From positions 1 through 64,000 of the IMG/VR virus record IMGVR_UViG_3300044732_000293: a stretch of DNA of 64,000 nucleotides. The stretch is one strand, 5' to 3'. The position numbers and the translations under genes were made by a program. Position 1 is the first letter of the stretch. Each line of letters begins with the position of its first letter. Source of the DNA: a virus. The notes beneath the pieces are model-generated. The model was given only the letters and a program-made list of their open reading frames with translations. It was not told the origin of the DNA and did not search any database. Below are positions 47,543 to 61,100 of the stretch, piece after piece.

Positions 47543-50500
47543 ATGGCAGCATTAGAAAATAATAACTTAGGAATGTCTAGTTCTGAAGATCAAGCTGTCA
47601 CAGAAAATCAAGTGGATCTATCATTAGATTTATCTACAGCTGATAGTCCTATTGATCCTTTGAATGATTATAATTTAGATAACATTCAAGCTCAGAATAA
47701 TAGTGTAGAGCAAGGAACTCCTGCTGTTAATAATACTCCTCAAGATCCTCCTACTAAAAAGAAAGTATATACAGAAGCTGACATTGTAGCTTTAGAAAAT
47801 CAACAGAGAAAGTCTACTAAAGAGTGGGCTGAGTATGGTTCAATGATGGCTACAAAAAAATATGTAGATCCTAATCAGGCTGCTAGAAAGATATCATTTG
47901 ATTCTAAAAAAACAAGATTAGATAGATATTTAGGATATGGTACAGAAACTTTTAACAAAGTAGGCTTTAGTCCATTTGCTAATAATGAAGAAGTATTTAA
48001 TAAGAATACTACAATGTGGCAGGACTATAAAAGAATGTCAGGCAACGCTGCTGCTTTAACATGGTTAGGGTTTAAACAGAACTTTGCTTTTGGTGCATTA
48101 GATTTTAATACTGAAGAAGAAAATACTAGAAAATATCAAGAGCTTAGTGATATAGGTATGTCTAGTAAAGGTGGTGTAGGTGCCTTTGGTAATAATTTAA
48201 TTCTTAATGGTGGATATGGTATTGGTGTTGGGTATAGCATATTAACAGAAGAACTTCTTATGTTAGGAGCAGAAGGTTTAACTTTTGGTGGAGCAACTCC
48301 ATTGGTTGCCGCTCGTACTGCTCAAAACTTAACTAAACTTGGAAAGCTTCGTGCAATGTTTAGTGGTGCTGCTAGTAGTGGTTTTAAAAGTGTTGAACTA
48401 GCTAGAACCGGTCTTAATGTATTTAAGTCATTGAAAGGTGCAGATAAAGCTAAAGATTTTTATACATCAATAAAAACTTTTGGTAAAGCTACAGGTAACT
48501 TTCTTAATCCTTTAGCTAGAGTTACTGATGATATTATGACAGGAAGTAATGTTGTTAGAAATGCTAGCAATATGGCTAAAATGTCTAAAACATTTGGTTC
48601 TTTCTATAGAGACGTAAGAGATATTAATGTAGCTCTTGGAGAATCTAAATTAGAAGGAGGTACTAAGAAACAAGAAGTTATTGACTTTGAAATTAATAAG
48701 TATAAGGAAGCTAATGGTAAAATGCCAGAGGGCAAAGACTTACAAAACATATATGCTAAAGCTGAAGATGTATATCAAGGTGTTGTAGGTTTAAACTTAC
48801 CTATTATATATTATACAAACCGTATTACGTTTGATGGTCTATTTAAATTTAGAGGTTTTAAAACTTTAGAACAAGCTGGTAAAACTGTAGATCTTTCTAG
48901 CAAAGGTATTAAGTTTACAGCTGGTAAAGGATTTAGTGTTGAAGCAGCTAAGAAATGGTCACAAGTTAGTCTTAGAAAGTATCCAGGTATGATGTGGAAC
49001 TATTCTAAACGTAATATATCTGAAGGTTTACAGGAGAACTTACAGAATGTAATCTCTGACGGTGTTGGGGATTATTATGATGCTGTATATAAAGATCCTA
49101 CATTAGGTGGATTTAACTTTGCAGCAGCAACTGCAGCTACCAATCTTAAAAAAGAATTTACTTCTGCTCGTGGTGCTGAAACTTTTCTTACAGGTTTCTT
49201 AATGGGAGCTGTAGCAGGTCCAGCACAAAGTGTATTCCTTACTGAAACTCCAGGACTTTACTATAGAGGTAAAGATCTTGTAATGAAGACTAATGACTTT
49301 AAAGCTTATAAAGCTAAGAAGGCTGAACAAATTAAAGAGAAGGTAACTACACTTAATGAATTATACAAGAACCCATTAGATTTCTTTAGTGCTACTCAAG
49401 AGAATGCTGCTTCTCAGAATGCTGCATACACTACAATGATGCAGGCTGAGGATAATGGTGATGCTAAAACATACCAAGATACTAAAGATATTAGTTTATT
49501 TAATCATGTATTTACATCTATTAATAATGGAACATTTGATGATCTTATAGATGGTTATAAGCAAATGGCTAAGTTAGATCCTAAGGAGCTAGCTGACTAT
49601 CTTAAAGTGGAAGATGTAACTAAAGCTAAAGATAAGATACAAGAGGTTATTACAAGAGCTGAGCAGATTCAATCTACTTATAATAAGGTTAACTCTAAGT
49701 TTCAAAATCCATTTAATCCTTCTCAGTACAAGCCTGGTGACCCAGAGCATGAAAGAGAAGCTATTGCTTATACAGCTTTTGAAAGAGCTAAAAGAAGTTT
49801 AGCTGTAGCTGAGCATGGCTTTGAACGTAGTATAGAAAGAATGGAAAGTCTTTACCAAGATATTTCTACTAATCGTCCTATAGAGAAATCTAGTAATTCT
49901 GATTATAGTATATTGCTAAATGCTGAGTCTATTAAGAATGAGATATATACTCTTAGAAAAGAGATTGCATCATTTGGTCCGGAGTCTCAACAGAATCCTG
50001 AACAAAAGAAGTTAGCTAAACAAAAGCTTCAAAAGTTAGAAGACCTTCAAGAGTACAGAGATAATCTTGATAGTCATTTGGCAGCTATTAAAAGCCAAGA
50101 AAGCATTCAGAATGGTGAGTTTGTAATTCAACCTATTGCTGAATCATATGAGTCTTTAAGAAATAGTTATAAGAAGTATTTAAAAAATATTGCTAAGTTA
50201 TCTGGTGATTATGTATTTGATAATAAAATAGATGATTCATTTGATAAGCTTGCAGATTACTATTCTTTAAATAATGATGCTAAGAATCTTAGTAATGTTA
50301 TTAATACATTGTTAGATCCAACTAACTTATATGCTCATGCCGAGACTATAAATGACAAGCTTAATAAAATTTTTGAGGATAGAGGAAGAAGCTTTGAAGA
50401 GCAAATGGAAAGCTATTCTAGAATGGCAGAGATGAATGCTTTAATAGAAGAGTTGGCTAAAGCAGGAGTGGTAATTGATCAAGATGAATTTGTAGAATAT

Positions 50501-52129
50501 ATTAAAAGTGGTAAGCGTCCTACTAAGTTTTTAGATAAGGATACAGGTAAACCTGTAGACCCAGAATCTGAAAAAGCTAAAGATGCTCAGCATGCATTTG
50601 ATGTAGATGACCAAATCAAGAATAGACCTAGTCCTACTACTCCTAATGTAACTACAGAAGCTGCGGCTACTCCAACAGAAGCAGAACCTACTATAGAAGA
50701 AGAGTTAGTAGCTGCAGGAGTGTCAGAAGAAGAACAAGCTTTGCGTAAGGCTTACCGTGATTACTTATCTGAAAATCCAGATGCTGACGTTAGTTATGAA
50801 GACTTTGTAACTCAATCTGCTAAAGCTGCTAGAATTAAGAAAGACTTTGCTCAAAAGAAAGTTGAGCCAGTTGCTGTTGAACCAATAGAAGAAGCTCCAG
50901 CTGAACCTACTTCTGTAGCAGAAGCTCCGGTTGTAAAAGAAGAAGTTGCAGAAGCCGCTTCTGTAGTAGACTTAAATGCAGAACTAGAAAAACAGTTTAC
51001 TGAAGAAAGAGATCAAAAGCTTTCAGATTTGATGCCTCTCTACGCTACAGCTAGAAAGACTATGATGCAATTAGGGGATGAAGCGTTAGATCCAGAAGAC
51101 CGTAATATTTTAGCAGATCCTGTTAAGTATTTAGAAGGTCGCATTGCACAAGGGGAATATAGTTTACAGCTAGATATAGATAAGTTAAAAGCACTTGATA
51201 CTAATAATCCTGATAATGCTAAGAAAGCTGAAAACTTACAACGTGATATTGATACAGAAAAAATTGTTTTAGAAAAGACAAACGTTAAACTTGAGCAGAT
51301 AAAGGCTGTAATAGCTGAGTATAATGATAAGATGAGTAGAATAGGAGAAACTGTTGTTACGTCTGCTCCAGATACGTTTAATTTAGATATTCGTACAACT
51401 GTTGCAGAGAATCTATACAAACAATTGCTAGCTGGTAAAGCTTATGCAGACTTTACTCCTAATGAGTTAAATCTTATAAATACTTTATCATTTGAAAGAA
51501 GAGAAGAAATTAAATCGGAGTATGAAGAAACGCAGAGATCGGCAGAAAAAACCGGTACCCAAAAAGCTCAGGATCTAATAAATTCCGTATCTTCTATTAG
51601 GGACTTGCCTAATCTTAACTCTAGTGTAGCTAATGGGGTAACTGTCAAGATTATAGCTCTTATGAGAGATAATCCAGATATCAAAGCTTCAGATGTTACT
51701 ACTATGATAGATGTTAAACGCAAGGAATTTATAGAAAATCTACAAACTTCTGACTTAAAACCAGGGGATATTATTACCTTTGCTGATGGTAAAAAGGGTA
51801 TGGTTAAAAAGTCATCTAACCAAGAGGTAAGTATTAAACTACCTAGGGTTGCAGATGTTTTAGTCTTAAACCAAGAAGACCTATCAAAAAGAATAACTAT
51901 GGTAGAAGCAGGAACAGTAGCAAAAGCTAAAGCAGAACCTCCAGTAGAGATTGCTGAAAGTGATAAGAAAGAAGTAGAAGCATCTAGAGATGCTGTAGAT
52001 GGGTTTACGTCTAATGCTGCTAAAGTACAAGAGCTTAATAAAGAAATACTTGCTAACACTGGTAAGGATAATAGTGCTAATGTAAATAACTTAATTGACA
52101 AACTTGGTTGTAAGACCAATGCTAAATAA
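47543..52129 (+). CDS. Giant ejection protein with Gly-rich membrane-inserting segments, 1528 aa
   Basis: Hydrophobic G/A-rich segments (GGYGIGVGYSILTEELLMLGAEGLTFGG; FLTGFLMGAVAG), long helices, and an SH3/KOW-like LKPGDIITFADGKKG near the C-terminus; single Cys at residue 1523. Confidence 0.7.
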   Translation: MAALENNNLGMSSSEDQAVTENQVDLSLDLSTADSPIDPLNDYNLDNIQAQNNSVEQGTPAVNNTPQDPPTKKKVYTEADIVALENQQRKSTKEWAEYGSMMATKKYVDPNQAARKISFDSKKTRLDRYLGYGTETFNKVGFSPFANNEEVFNKNTTMWQDYKRMSGNAAALTWLGFKQNFAFGALDFNTEEENTRKYQELSDIGMSSKGGVGAFGNNLILNGGYGIGVGYSILTEELLMLGAEGLTFGGATPLVAARTAQNLTKLGKLRAMFSGAASSGFKSVELARTGLNVFKSLKGADKAKDFYTSIKTFGKATGNFLNPLARVTDDIMTGSNVVRNASNMAKMSKTFGSFYRDVRDINVALGESKLEGGTKKQEVIDFEINKYKEANGKMPEGKDLQNIYAKAEDVYQGVVGLNLPIIYYTNRITFDGLFKFRGFKTLEQAGKTVDLSSKGIKFTAGKGFSVEAAKKWSQVSLRKYPGMMWNYSKRNISEGLQENLQNVISDGVGDYYDAVYKDPTLGGFNFAAATAATNLKKEFTSARGAETFLTGFLMGAVAGPAQSVFLTETPGLYYRGKDLVMKTNDFKAYKAKKAEQIKEKVTTLNELYKNPLDFFSATQENAASQNAAYTTMMQAEDNGDAKTYQDTKDISLFNHVFTSINNGTFDDLIDGYKQMAKLDPKELADYLKVEDVTKAKDKIQEVITRAEQIQSTYNKVNSKFQNPFNPSQYKPGDPEHEREAIAYTAFERAKRSLAVAEHGFERSIERMESLYQDISTNRPIEKSSNSDYSILLNAESIKNEIYTLRKEIASFGPESQQNPEQKKLAKQKLQKLEDLQEYRDNLDSHLAAIKSQESIQNGEFVIQPIAESYESLRNSYKKYLKNIAKLSGDYVFDNKIDDSFDKLADYYSLNNDAKNLSNVINTLLDPTNLYAHAETINDKLNKIFEDRGRSFEEQMESYSRMAEMNALIEELAKAGVVIDQDEFVEYIKSGKRPTKFLDKDTGKPVDPESEKAKDAQHAFDVDDQIKNRPSPTTPNVTTEAAATPTEAEPTIEEELVAAGVSEEEQALRKAYRDYLSENPDADVSYEDFVTQSAKAARIKKDFAQKKVEPVAVEPIEEAPAEPTSVAEAPVVKEEVAEAASVVDLNAELEKQFTEERDQKLSDLMPLYATARKTMMQLGDEALDPEDRNILADPVKYLEGRIAQGEYSLQLDIDKLKALDTNNPDNAKKAENLQRDIDTEKIVLEKTNVKLEQIKAVIAEYNDKMSRIGETVVTSAPDTFNLDIRTTVAENLYKQLLAGKAYADFTPNELNLINTLSFERREEIKSEYEETQRSAEKTGTQKAQDLINSVSSIRDLPNLNSSVANGVTVKIIALMRDNPDIKASDVTTMIDVKRKEFIENLQTSDLKPGDIITFADGKKGMVKKSSNQEVSIKLPRVADVLVLNQEDLSKRITMVEAGTVAKAKAEPPVEIAESDKKEVEASRDAVDGFTSNAAKVQELNKEILANTGKDNSANVNNLIDKLGCKTNAK

Positions 52130-52134
52130 TAATT

Positions 52135-55100
52135 ATGGCTTGTAGATTATCAGATGAACAGGTAGAAGCGTTATATACAACAGTTCTTGGTGATATAGTT
52201 GCTACTAAGAATAGTGGTGGAATATATAATCCAGATACTGCTATACGTACATTATATCAAACTTTAATGGCAGCGGGTGCTGACCAGACAAATGCTCTTG
52301 ACTATATTCAGCATGTTCCAAGAATGATCAATGCTGCTTATGGTAGTTTAGAAGAGATAGCTGATTACTTACAGGATAGTAATGTAAGTATTGATAATCT
52401 AAATAAAATGAGAAGAGACTTTAAGGACATTAATAATGTTATGTCTTTTCTTGATTTAAATAATAACACTATAGAGATTATAGAAGAGATTGTAGAAGAT
52501 AGCAATCCTTCCACTCCTGTAGTTCCTACTGATGTATACACTGAGATTGAGAACTCAGATGTTGAAAAGAAACAGAAGTTATATAATAATCGTTCCTTTA
52601 TAGCTGCTCCTGAAACGGCATTAGCTGTTTTTAATCAGGAAGCTCAAGACTACGATGGTGCTGTAGCAGAAGATAACATTGCAGATCCTGATCCTAAGAA
52701 GAAAACTTACTATGCTGTAGTAAGAAAGATCAATGCTTTAATGAACTTATTAAATGCTAGTACTGCTAACAATCTTAAAATGGGTACCACAACTGGTATC
52801 TTTATGAATTTAGTAAAGGCTTCATCTATTGATGAGGCTGACTTATATGTTTCAGACACAAAATTTATTAACCAGAGTGAAGAAAACAGAGCATATCATA
52901 ATGATTCTGCTTTGGCACTCGTATATACAGACAAAAATGGTAAAGTATTATATTTTGATGAAGAAGGTAATATCACAAGTAAAGAAGCTGGCGGTAAACT
53001 TGTTTACGGCAAAATAAGAAATGTTTACTCTGATGCTAGAACAGGAAACAAGTATGTGCCTAGAGTACAAACTGTAGAGAGAAAGGTTGAGAAAGGTATG
53101 GGAACTCAAGAAGAGTTACAAGCTGAAAGACAAAAAGAGATTGATGTTTTAGAAGGTGCTCGTAAATTTCTTAAAGAAAATCCTACAGGATCTTTAATGT
53201 TTTCTATTACTCCTGGTAGAAATGGATATGTTAATGAAGACTTTAGTACTATTAATACTATTGGTTCTATACAATTACCTGATGGATTTAAACCTACAGT
53301 GGCTAAAGAAGATACTGGTATCTATAAGTCTGGTGGTGTATACTTTCATGTTCCAGGTTATTCTCTTCCTATTCTTGTACGTAGACCTAAGTTTAGCCAA
53401 TTAAATAATAATCTAGCTGAGAACTTAGCTGACTTGTTATTTGATAATACTAATAATAAACAGTCTAATGCTGAAAAGATTGCTATTGTAAAACAGTTTA
53501 CATATAGTAATGACACTAAAGTATTTGACCGTGACGGTAAGATTTTTGTAAAGCAAGGAGAGCAAGAGTTAGATACCACTGTTGCTGCTAATCGTGAAGC
53601 ATTCTTACAGAACTTAAATGGTCAAGTAGTAAACATTAATAAAGACTTAGTTAATGGTTACGTAGATATGCCTGTAAATCTAGATGGTAGTGTACAAGTT
53701 CAAAAGGAGTTATACAATAACTTTTTAACTAGTAACTTCTATACTCACTTAGCTAAAAATGCTGAGGGTAAGGTGGTAAGCATGAATGCTTATAACAATA
53801 TCTTTCCTACAGTAGAATCTCAAACTAAGTTATTTGGAGAAACTAAGACTACTAAAACTGCTCCTGTTAGTTTAACGGAAGCTACTCCTACAGATAATAA
53901 GATTAGTCCTTTAGCTGAATTGCTAAAGAATACTGACTTCTCTTTAAAGAAATCTATATTAGAGAACAGTGATGCTACAGAAGAGCAGATTGAAAAAGCA
54001 AGAGCTTGGTATACTAGTAGCCCATTAGCTAAAGTGGTTCCTTTTGAAACTATGTTTCATGTAGTGAACTCAAATGCATTAGCTACATTTACTTTATCTG
54101 GTATTACTCTATTCCAAGGATCTAACTACACTGACTTATACCATGAGGGATGGCATGCTTTCTCTCAATTGTTTTTAACTAGAGATCAGAAAGTTGATTT
54201 ATATAATGAAACTAGAAAGCTTACAGGATCTTTTAAAACTGCTGATGGTAGAACTATAAAGTTCAGTGCAGCTAGTGATATTCAATTAGAAGAATTCTTA
54301 GCAGAAGACTACCGTAAATACGGTATGGCTGATGGTAAGTATATAGTTGCTGGTAGAGGAACTCGTAATACATTATTTAGACGTATACTAAACTTCTTAA
54401 AGGCTGTATTTAAAGGATACAGTATTAAAGATGCTATTAGTGAAGCTACAGCTATTCCTAAGATAGGAGAGCTTTATGAAAAGCTTTACATAGGAAATAT
54501 TAATGACTATAGTGCATCATTAAACAATGTACAGTTTAAGATATTAAACAAAGGTGCTCAACCTTTAGATGATAAGAATATTGACGGTGGATTAAACTAC
54601 CAAGATTCTATGACTCTTGTAGAAACTATTGATTCATTGATGGCTTCTACATTACAAGACTATGGAGTTAATCTTGGTGTACTATTTACTAATCCAGAAT
54701 TTACTGCTCCATTATATGCAGAGATTAAGAATAAATTAGAGAACATGTTAAATGCTCCTGATCTTTCTGAAAGCTCTAAAAGAATATTAAACTTTGCTTT
54801 AAATGAGTGGGGTGATTATACAGCTGTTAGCAAAGGAGAACAGGAGTTAGGTGTTATTGCATTTCATAAGAAGAGATCTTCTTATTTAACTTTTGATGAA
54901 AAGTATTCAGATCTAACTGGAGCTGAACAAGATATTAATGAAAATGCAGCTGATGTAGTTAAAGATGAAGACAACCAATTATCTATTACAGAAAATGAAG
55001 CTCGTGAAAGTTTTGGAGCTAATGCTTTTGAACGCAAGGGTAATGAGTTATCAGTTAGAGAACTAGCTAGTAACCAAACTGTATATTTAATTAAGAGTCT

Positions 55101-58100
55101 TCCAGCTTTAGATAAGAACGGTAAGGTGGAAATGAATGCTTTAGGTGTTCCTAAATTAACTGACTTTAATAGAACCTGGGGAGTTGTTATAAATACTGTA
55201 CAGGGAGCTATTGATGAGGTGGATATGTATAGAAAGCTTAGTGAAGCATCTACTAGATTTCCTGAATTAAAGGCTTTAGTTGAACGTCTAGGTGATCCTA
55301 TGGAAAAGACTCAGACTTCAGACTGGCCGGCTATGAACATGTGGATTAACTTCCATCGTGATTTTAGTGTGTACCGTGTACCTGTTAGAGAAGTTCGTAT
55401 AGTTAAAAGTGAAATTCCAGGAGAAGAAGGATCTACATTTAGTGTAGAGTTCACTGAAACTAACCCTACATTTAAGCAAGTTGAGAATACCTTTAAGTCT
55501 CAGTTTGATGCTGTAAGAAACAATAAGTATGTACGAAATACTCCTCAAGGTAATCAATTAAATATAGAGTCTATACTTAATGATTTTCCTAAGAGCACTC
55601 TTATGAGTGGTACATCTAAACTTAACTCTGAGCAAGCTATTAAGTTTTTAAAAGCTATTGGTTTATACATGACTGATAACCAAGCAGTTAGAGAAAGTTT
55701 AAATGAAAATTATACAGCAGTTACTTATTTACATTCTGCTCTATCTAGAATTAACTATTTTAATTCTTCTAAAGAGGCTGGTAGTAAAATAACTATCAAT
55801 AGTCCAATAGACTTTTTACGTAATGAATTAAAGAACGTTACTACTAAAGATAGTAAGGGTAACACTACTCTTTTACATAAAGGGGAGTCTTCTAATATAG
55901 AAAAGCTTCTTAATATAGAAGGAACTAACTCTGGTAAGTATAGTAATAATTCTGTAGAAAACGTTAATGGAGATTCTATATTTGATCTATCATTAAACAA
56001 TACAGTTACTAAACAGTTTGCTGAGTTGAATGCTGCAGGAAAGAACTATAATGATGTAGTTGGAAAGCCTCACATGGCTCATTTAAATTTTAGAAATAAT
56101 CCAGCTGCTAAATACAGCATTTGGATGAACAGTATGTTCCATATTCCTACAGGTAACTTTGAGACAGCTAACATGAATCAAAGAAGAGTGGGTAAGACTA
56201 ATGCTGAAACTGTTACTATTGATATAGTAAACTTAGATGGTATTAAAGAAGTGGTTAGCAATGAGGCTAAAGCTCAATTTAGAGTGAATGGTATTAAGAC
56301 TACTTCTGCTGACCCAGCTACTAAGTTTATAATGGACTTACATACTATGTTGATGAGAGGTGTGATTGAAGCCCCTAGACATGCTTCTAAATCTACAGCA
56401 TATGGTTACTCAGTATCTTTACTCAATACACCATTTAATGCCAAATCTCGTCACTTATACATCAGTAGTGAGTACTTTGCAGATGATGCTGTAGCTAACA
56501 ATGCTACGGTAGCTATGCTTAAGCCAAAGATTGCTGCTGAGATGGAACGTATAGCTATGCTTAGGGCAGGTATGCTTCCTAATATTCCTGGGTTTAATGA
56601 AAGAGGTCAAACCTTTACAATGTTTGATGACATTCTTTCTGATGGATTAAAGGCAGACTTAATAGAAATGGCTAATGCTGATGACTCATTAGTGCTTCTA
56701 GAAGATGCTGAGTTATCAAAAAGAATATCTAATGATATATCTAAGTATATAAATAGATTAACTCAAGAGAATCTAGATGTGTTTGGTGAAATGCCATTCA
56801 TTTCTAAAGATATCTTAAGAGGTGGAGCTAGAGGATCTGCTAAAAGTATTGTGAGTTTAATAGGTGCCGGGGCTAATTTAACTGATGCTCAACTTAAGAC
56901 AATAGCTCTTAAGTCATTCACTGTAAATGCTCTTATCCATAATATGGAAAGCATGGCTATGGTCTATGGAGACTTAGCTATGTATAATCATAATAAAGAA
57001 GAGTTTCATAAGCGTAATGCTTCTATAGGATCTACTGGTAGAATTTTTGCTTCTGGTCAAGCTACTACTAACTTTGTAAATAACCTTGGTAGAGCCTATG
57101 CTAAAAAGATAGGAGCTACTGAAAGAACCTTTGATGGCAGTATTAACTCAGTGATATTTAAAGATAATAACGTTGAATCAGTATATTATAATGAATATCT
57201 TGATGCTCTTGTTGCTAAAGGATATACTAAAGAACAAGCTGCTTCTGTATTAAAACCTTATTCAGAAATGAATGAAGGTGATGCTCAAGGATGGGTAACT
57301 TTTGATTCTTACCGTATGTTCTCTATTTTAGAAGGAGCATGGTCTGAGAAGCAGAATGATCTTTATAACAAGATTATTAATGAAGAAGAGGTTGATCCTA
57401 AAGAAATTAGTGAATTCTTCCCTACAAAGAAGTTTCAGTATGCTGGTCCTGTTAAGAGTGACAAGTTACATTTACAAGCTTTTCATAAGTTCTCATTAGT
57501 ACCGTTAATCCCTAGTTTAATTAAAGGGACTAATATGCAAACCGTGCATGATAACTTAGTTAAACAACAAGTGGATTATGCTCTATTTGAATCTGGAAGT
57601 AAGTTAGCTACTATTACTAAAGATGGTCAGTATGATGATCTATATGATAATAAAGAAGAGAGAACTACTAAGCCTTGGAATCAAGGAGATGCTGAGTACA
57701 CTACTAATAAAGTGTTTATTCAGTATTTAAAAGATCAAGTGGATATTCAATCTACTTGGAAAAACAAAACTGTATTCTCCACTCAGCTTAGAAAGTTGAT
57801 TATCAATGACTTATTTAAACAAGGTATAGCTACATCTAAAGACTTTAACAAGTTAGTAACTGACTTTGAGGGTTTACTTGATGATCTTCAGACTAAAAAG
57901 AAGAATGAGTTACTTGCTGAAGCTGGTTGGACACAAGATAAAAAAGGAAACTATAACGGTAGTGTAAAAAGTCTAATGGACTTTGTTGAAAGAGAGTTAG
58001 CTCGTCAAGAACTACCTGAGCATGATGTAGACTTTGTAAGAGAGAGTTCTGATATTAATAGTATTAAGAGAGACTTAAGCTTTAGCCTTAACGCTGAGAA

Positions 58101-61100
58101 GATTGAAAAGTTGTTAAACTCTATCGTAATTAAACGATTAGTTCGTCAGAAGATGAACGGTGAGCAGTTAGTACAAGTTTCTGGAGCTGGCTTTGAGTCT
58201 AGTACTAAGTTAACTAACCCTACAGAAGAAGATATTAAGAACTATCGTGGTACTAATGACTTACCTACATACCGTCCTGGTAAAGGAAAGAACGGTAAGA
58301 CTAGTGCAATGAAAGTTAAGATTGCAATGAAAGGGGACTATTATAAGTTACTTGAGCTTAAACATACTGACGGAGAAAAGATTGGTACAAGAGAGCGTTT
58401 GAATGAAGTGCTTAAAAATGATGAGTGGTTAGATAAAAACGATAACCGTAAGCTTATTACTATGGTAGGTGTACGTATTCCTGTGCAAGGATTAAACTCT
58501 ATGGAGTTTATGGAAGTGTATGAGTTCCTTCCTGAAGAAGCAGGGTCTATTGTTATACCTCCAGCTGAGATTGTGGCTAAATCTGGATCTGACTTTGATA
58601 TTGATAAGTTAACTATATTCCAACCTAACTATTCTAAGAATAGCAAGCAGGCTAAGTATAGTACAAATGATAATGTTAAAGGTACAGAGAATAAGATTAT
58701 TGAAAAGATCCGTGAGATTTTAGAGCATCCTGATAACTTTGAAGCTCTTATTCGTCCAAACAATACTGATATTGTTAAAGGAGTAGCAGATAACTTAGCT
58801 AGTAAGAATGTTCAAGGATACAATCCTTTGGCTAATAAAACTAGAGAAACTGCTAATAAGATTAGTCCTACTCGTACTTTAGAACCTAGATATAATCTAT
58901 ATAAGCATGAGTCTAATAACATTGGGAAAAAGACTTTAGGTATTGGTGCTGTAGATAATGCCTACTCATCTATCTTTAAAAGAATAGGTGCTAGATTAGA
59001 GACTCAGTATACTCATTATCCAATTGATTTTGAAACTGGAGAATATAAGAGAGATAAAAAAACCGGTAAGATTGTACAACAAGTTCGTCCTATTAACATT
59101 AGAATGAAGCATAACAGTATGACTGTAGGTGGTAAATCTTATATTTCTTTATCTGATATTAATACAGTTAGTGGTGAAAAGATTTCTGACTTAATCTCTC
59201 AATTGATGAACGGTTGGGTGGATATTGAAAAAGATGCTTGGATCTTTAATATCAATGGTAACAATGTAGCTGGTCCAGTATTGTTATTCATGATTGAATC
59301 AGGTGTTGATTTTAAGACAGCTGCTCATTTTATATCTCAACCTTTAATTGTTGATTATATCAAACAAAGAGCTGCTTCCAATAGTCCTTTCTTTGAAGCA
59401 AGTGGCAAAGGAGAGAATAAGGGTAAAGGACTTAATAAATTTAATATTAAGAAGCAGTTTATACTAGACAACTTTGAGGATGATTTACCTATTAATAAAA
59501 GTACAGGAGAACCTATTGTAAGCAATGATGGTATATATAAAATCATTAATAAGTACAATGAGGGTGTTGAATATACTAGTGATAATCTATTAGGTGTTAT
59601 TGAGAATAAAGACACTACTTCTTCTATGGCTAAAGCGGCTTTATTACATTTCTTTGAATTAGAAGACTTAATGAGTCAATTGACCAATATTAAACTAACG
59701 GTTAACTTAGATACAGCTCCTTCTAAATCATTGTTTTCTGCTCAAGAAAGACTTAGTAAAATATCTAAGTTAAATATTGTAGATGCTGTGCCAGCTGACA
59801 TGGTTAGAAAGATATTGAATGAGTCTCCTATTAAGTCATTCCTTGTACAAGACTTTCAGTTAAAACTATGGGAGCCTTTAATGAAGCTTAGAGGAGATGC
59901 TAACATAAATAGCTTCTTAATAAATAAGATTGCTACTAAGTCTTATACAAATAGTTTTGATGATGCTGAGAAATATGTAGCTACATTTAAAAATGACCTT
60001 CCTTTATATCTTTTACAGAATCATTTAAAGGGGATGGACATTACTAAGATTACTGAATACAAAGGCTTACTTATAGATAACGCTATTCCTGTACAAAATG
60101 TTCAGATTAAGAACGGTGCTTATGTAAAAGAAGGCGTAATGTATGTAGATATAGATCAGATAAAGTCTGACTTTGCAAGCATGGCTTATACAGATAAGGG
60201 TACTTATAAAGAATCAGGATTGGCTACTCTTCCTGCTCAAGCTTTTAAGATGGGTGAGACAAGTGCTAACTTCCAAGAGTATTCTAACTATGTACTAGAG
60301 CGTGAGTATTTAAGATCTATCCTTCCAGTAAGAGATAAAGAAAGCAGAGAAAGCTATGAGAATAGACTTAGAGATAGAGCTTTGGAAAGAACATTTAACT
60401 TCTATACTATGCTTAAGTCTGATAATAGTATTGCAGATGAGTTTAATAGAATTAAATCTAAGTATCCTGAGTTAGAAAAAGACTACATGATCTTTGATCA
60501 ATTAGGTTATAGTCCAGGTAGCAAGTTTGATATGAACAAACTTAAGACTCTTAAGTTAAAGTCAAGTAAGCTTGATGCTGATATGGCTAATGTTCTTCAT
60601 GAAAATCTTCAGAGACTTGCTGACCCAGCAACAATTAAAGTAACTAATCCTGTAGCTAACGCTGAGATATCTAAGTTCTTTAGTAGAATGATTATATCAG
60701 AATACTTGAGAGCAGGTATTAGCAAGACTAATGATAGTATTGCAATGATTTTACCTTCAGAATCTTTAATGAAGCTTTTGGAAGAGCCTATGAGTAAGTT
60801 GACTAAAGAAGGATTGACTGATGAGTTTTTAGAAAAGTATTCTAATTTGTTTGATTCAAACTGGTCTAAGTCTGCTACAGCAGTTCGTAATAGATTCAGA
60901 AACTATATCCAAACTACTAAACCTACAATACAAGAACCTATTACAGAAGCTACTGCGGTAACTCCTATCACTCCTTCTATAGCTAGTTTTAAAAATAAGT
61001 TTGCAAAGAGTGAGCTTGAGCCTATATTAAACGCTAATAAAAACACTATATTTGTATACCCTGTAAATGAAAACGGTACAGGTGATAACATTGCTAAAGT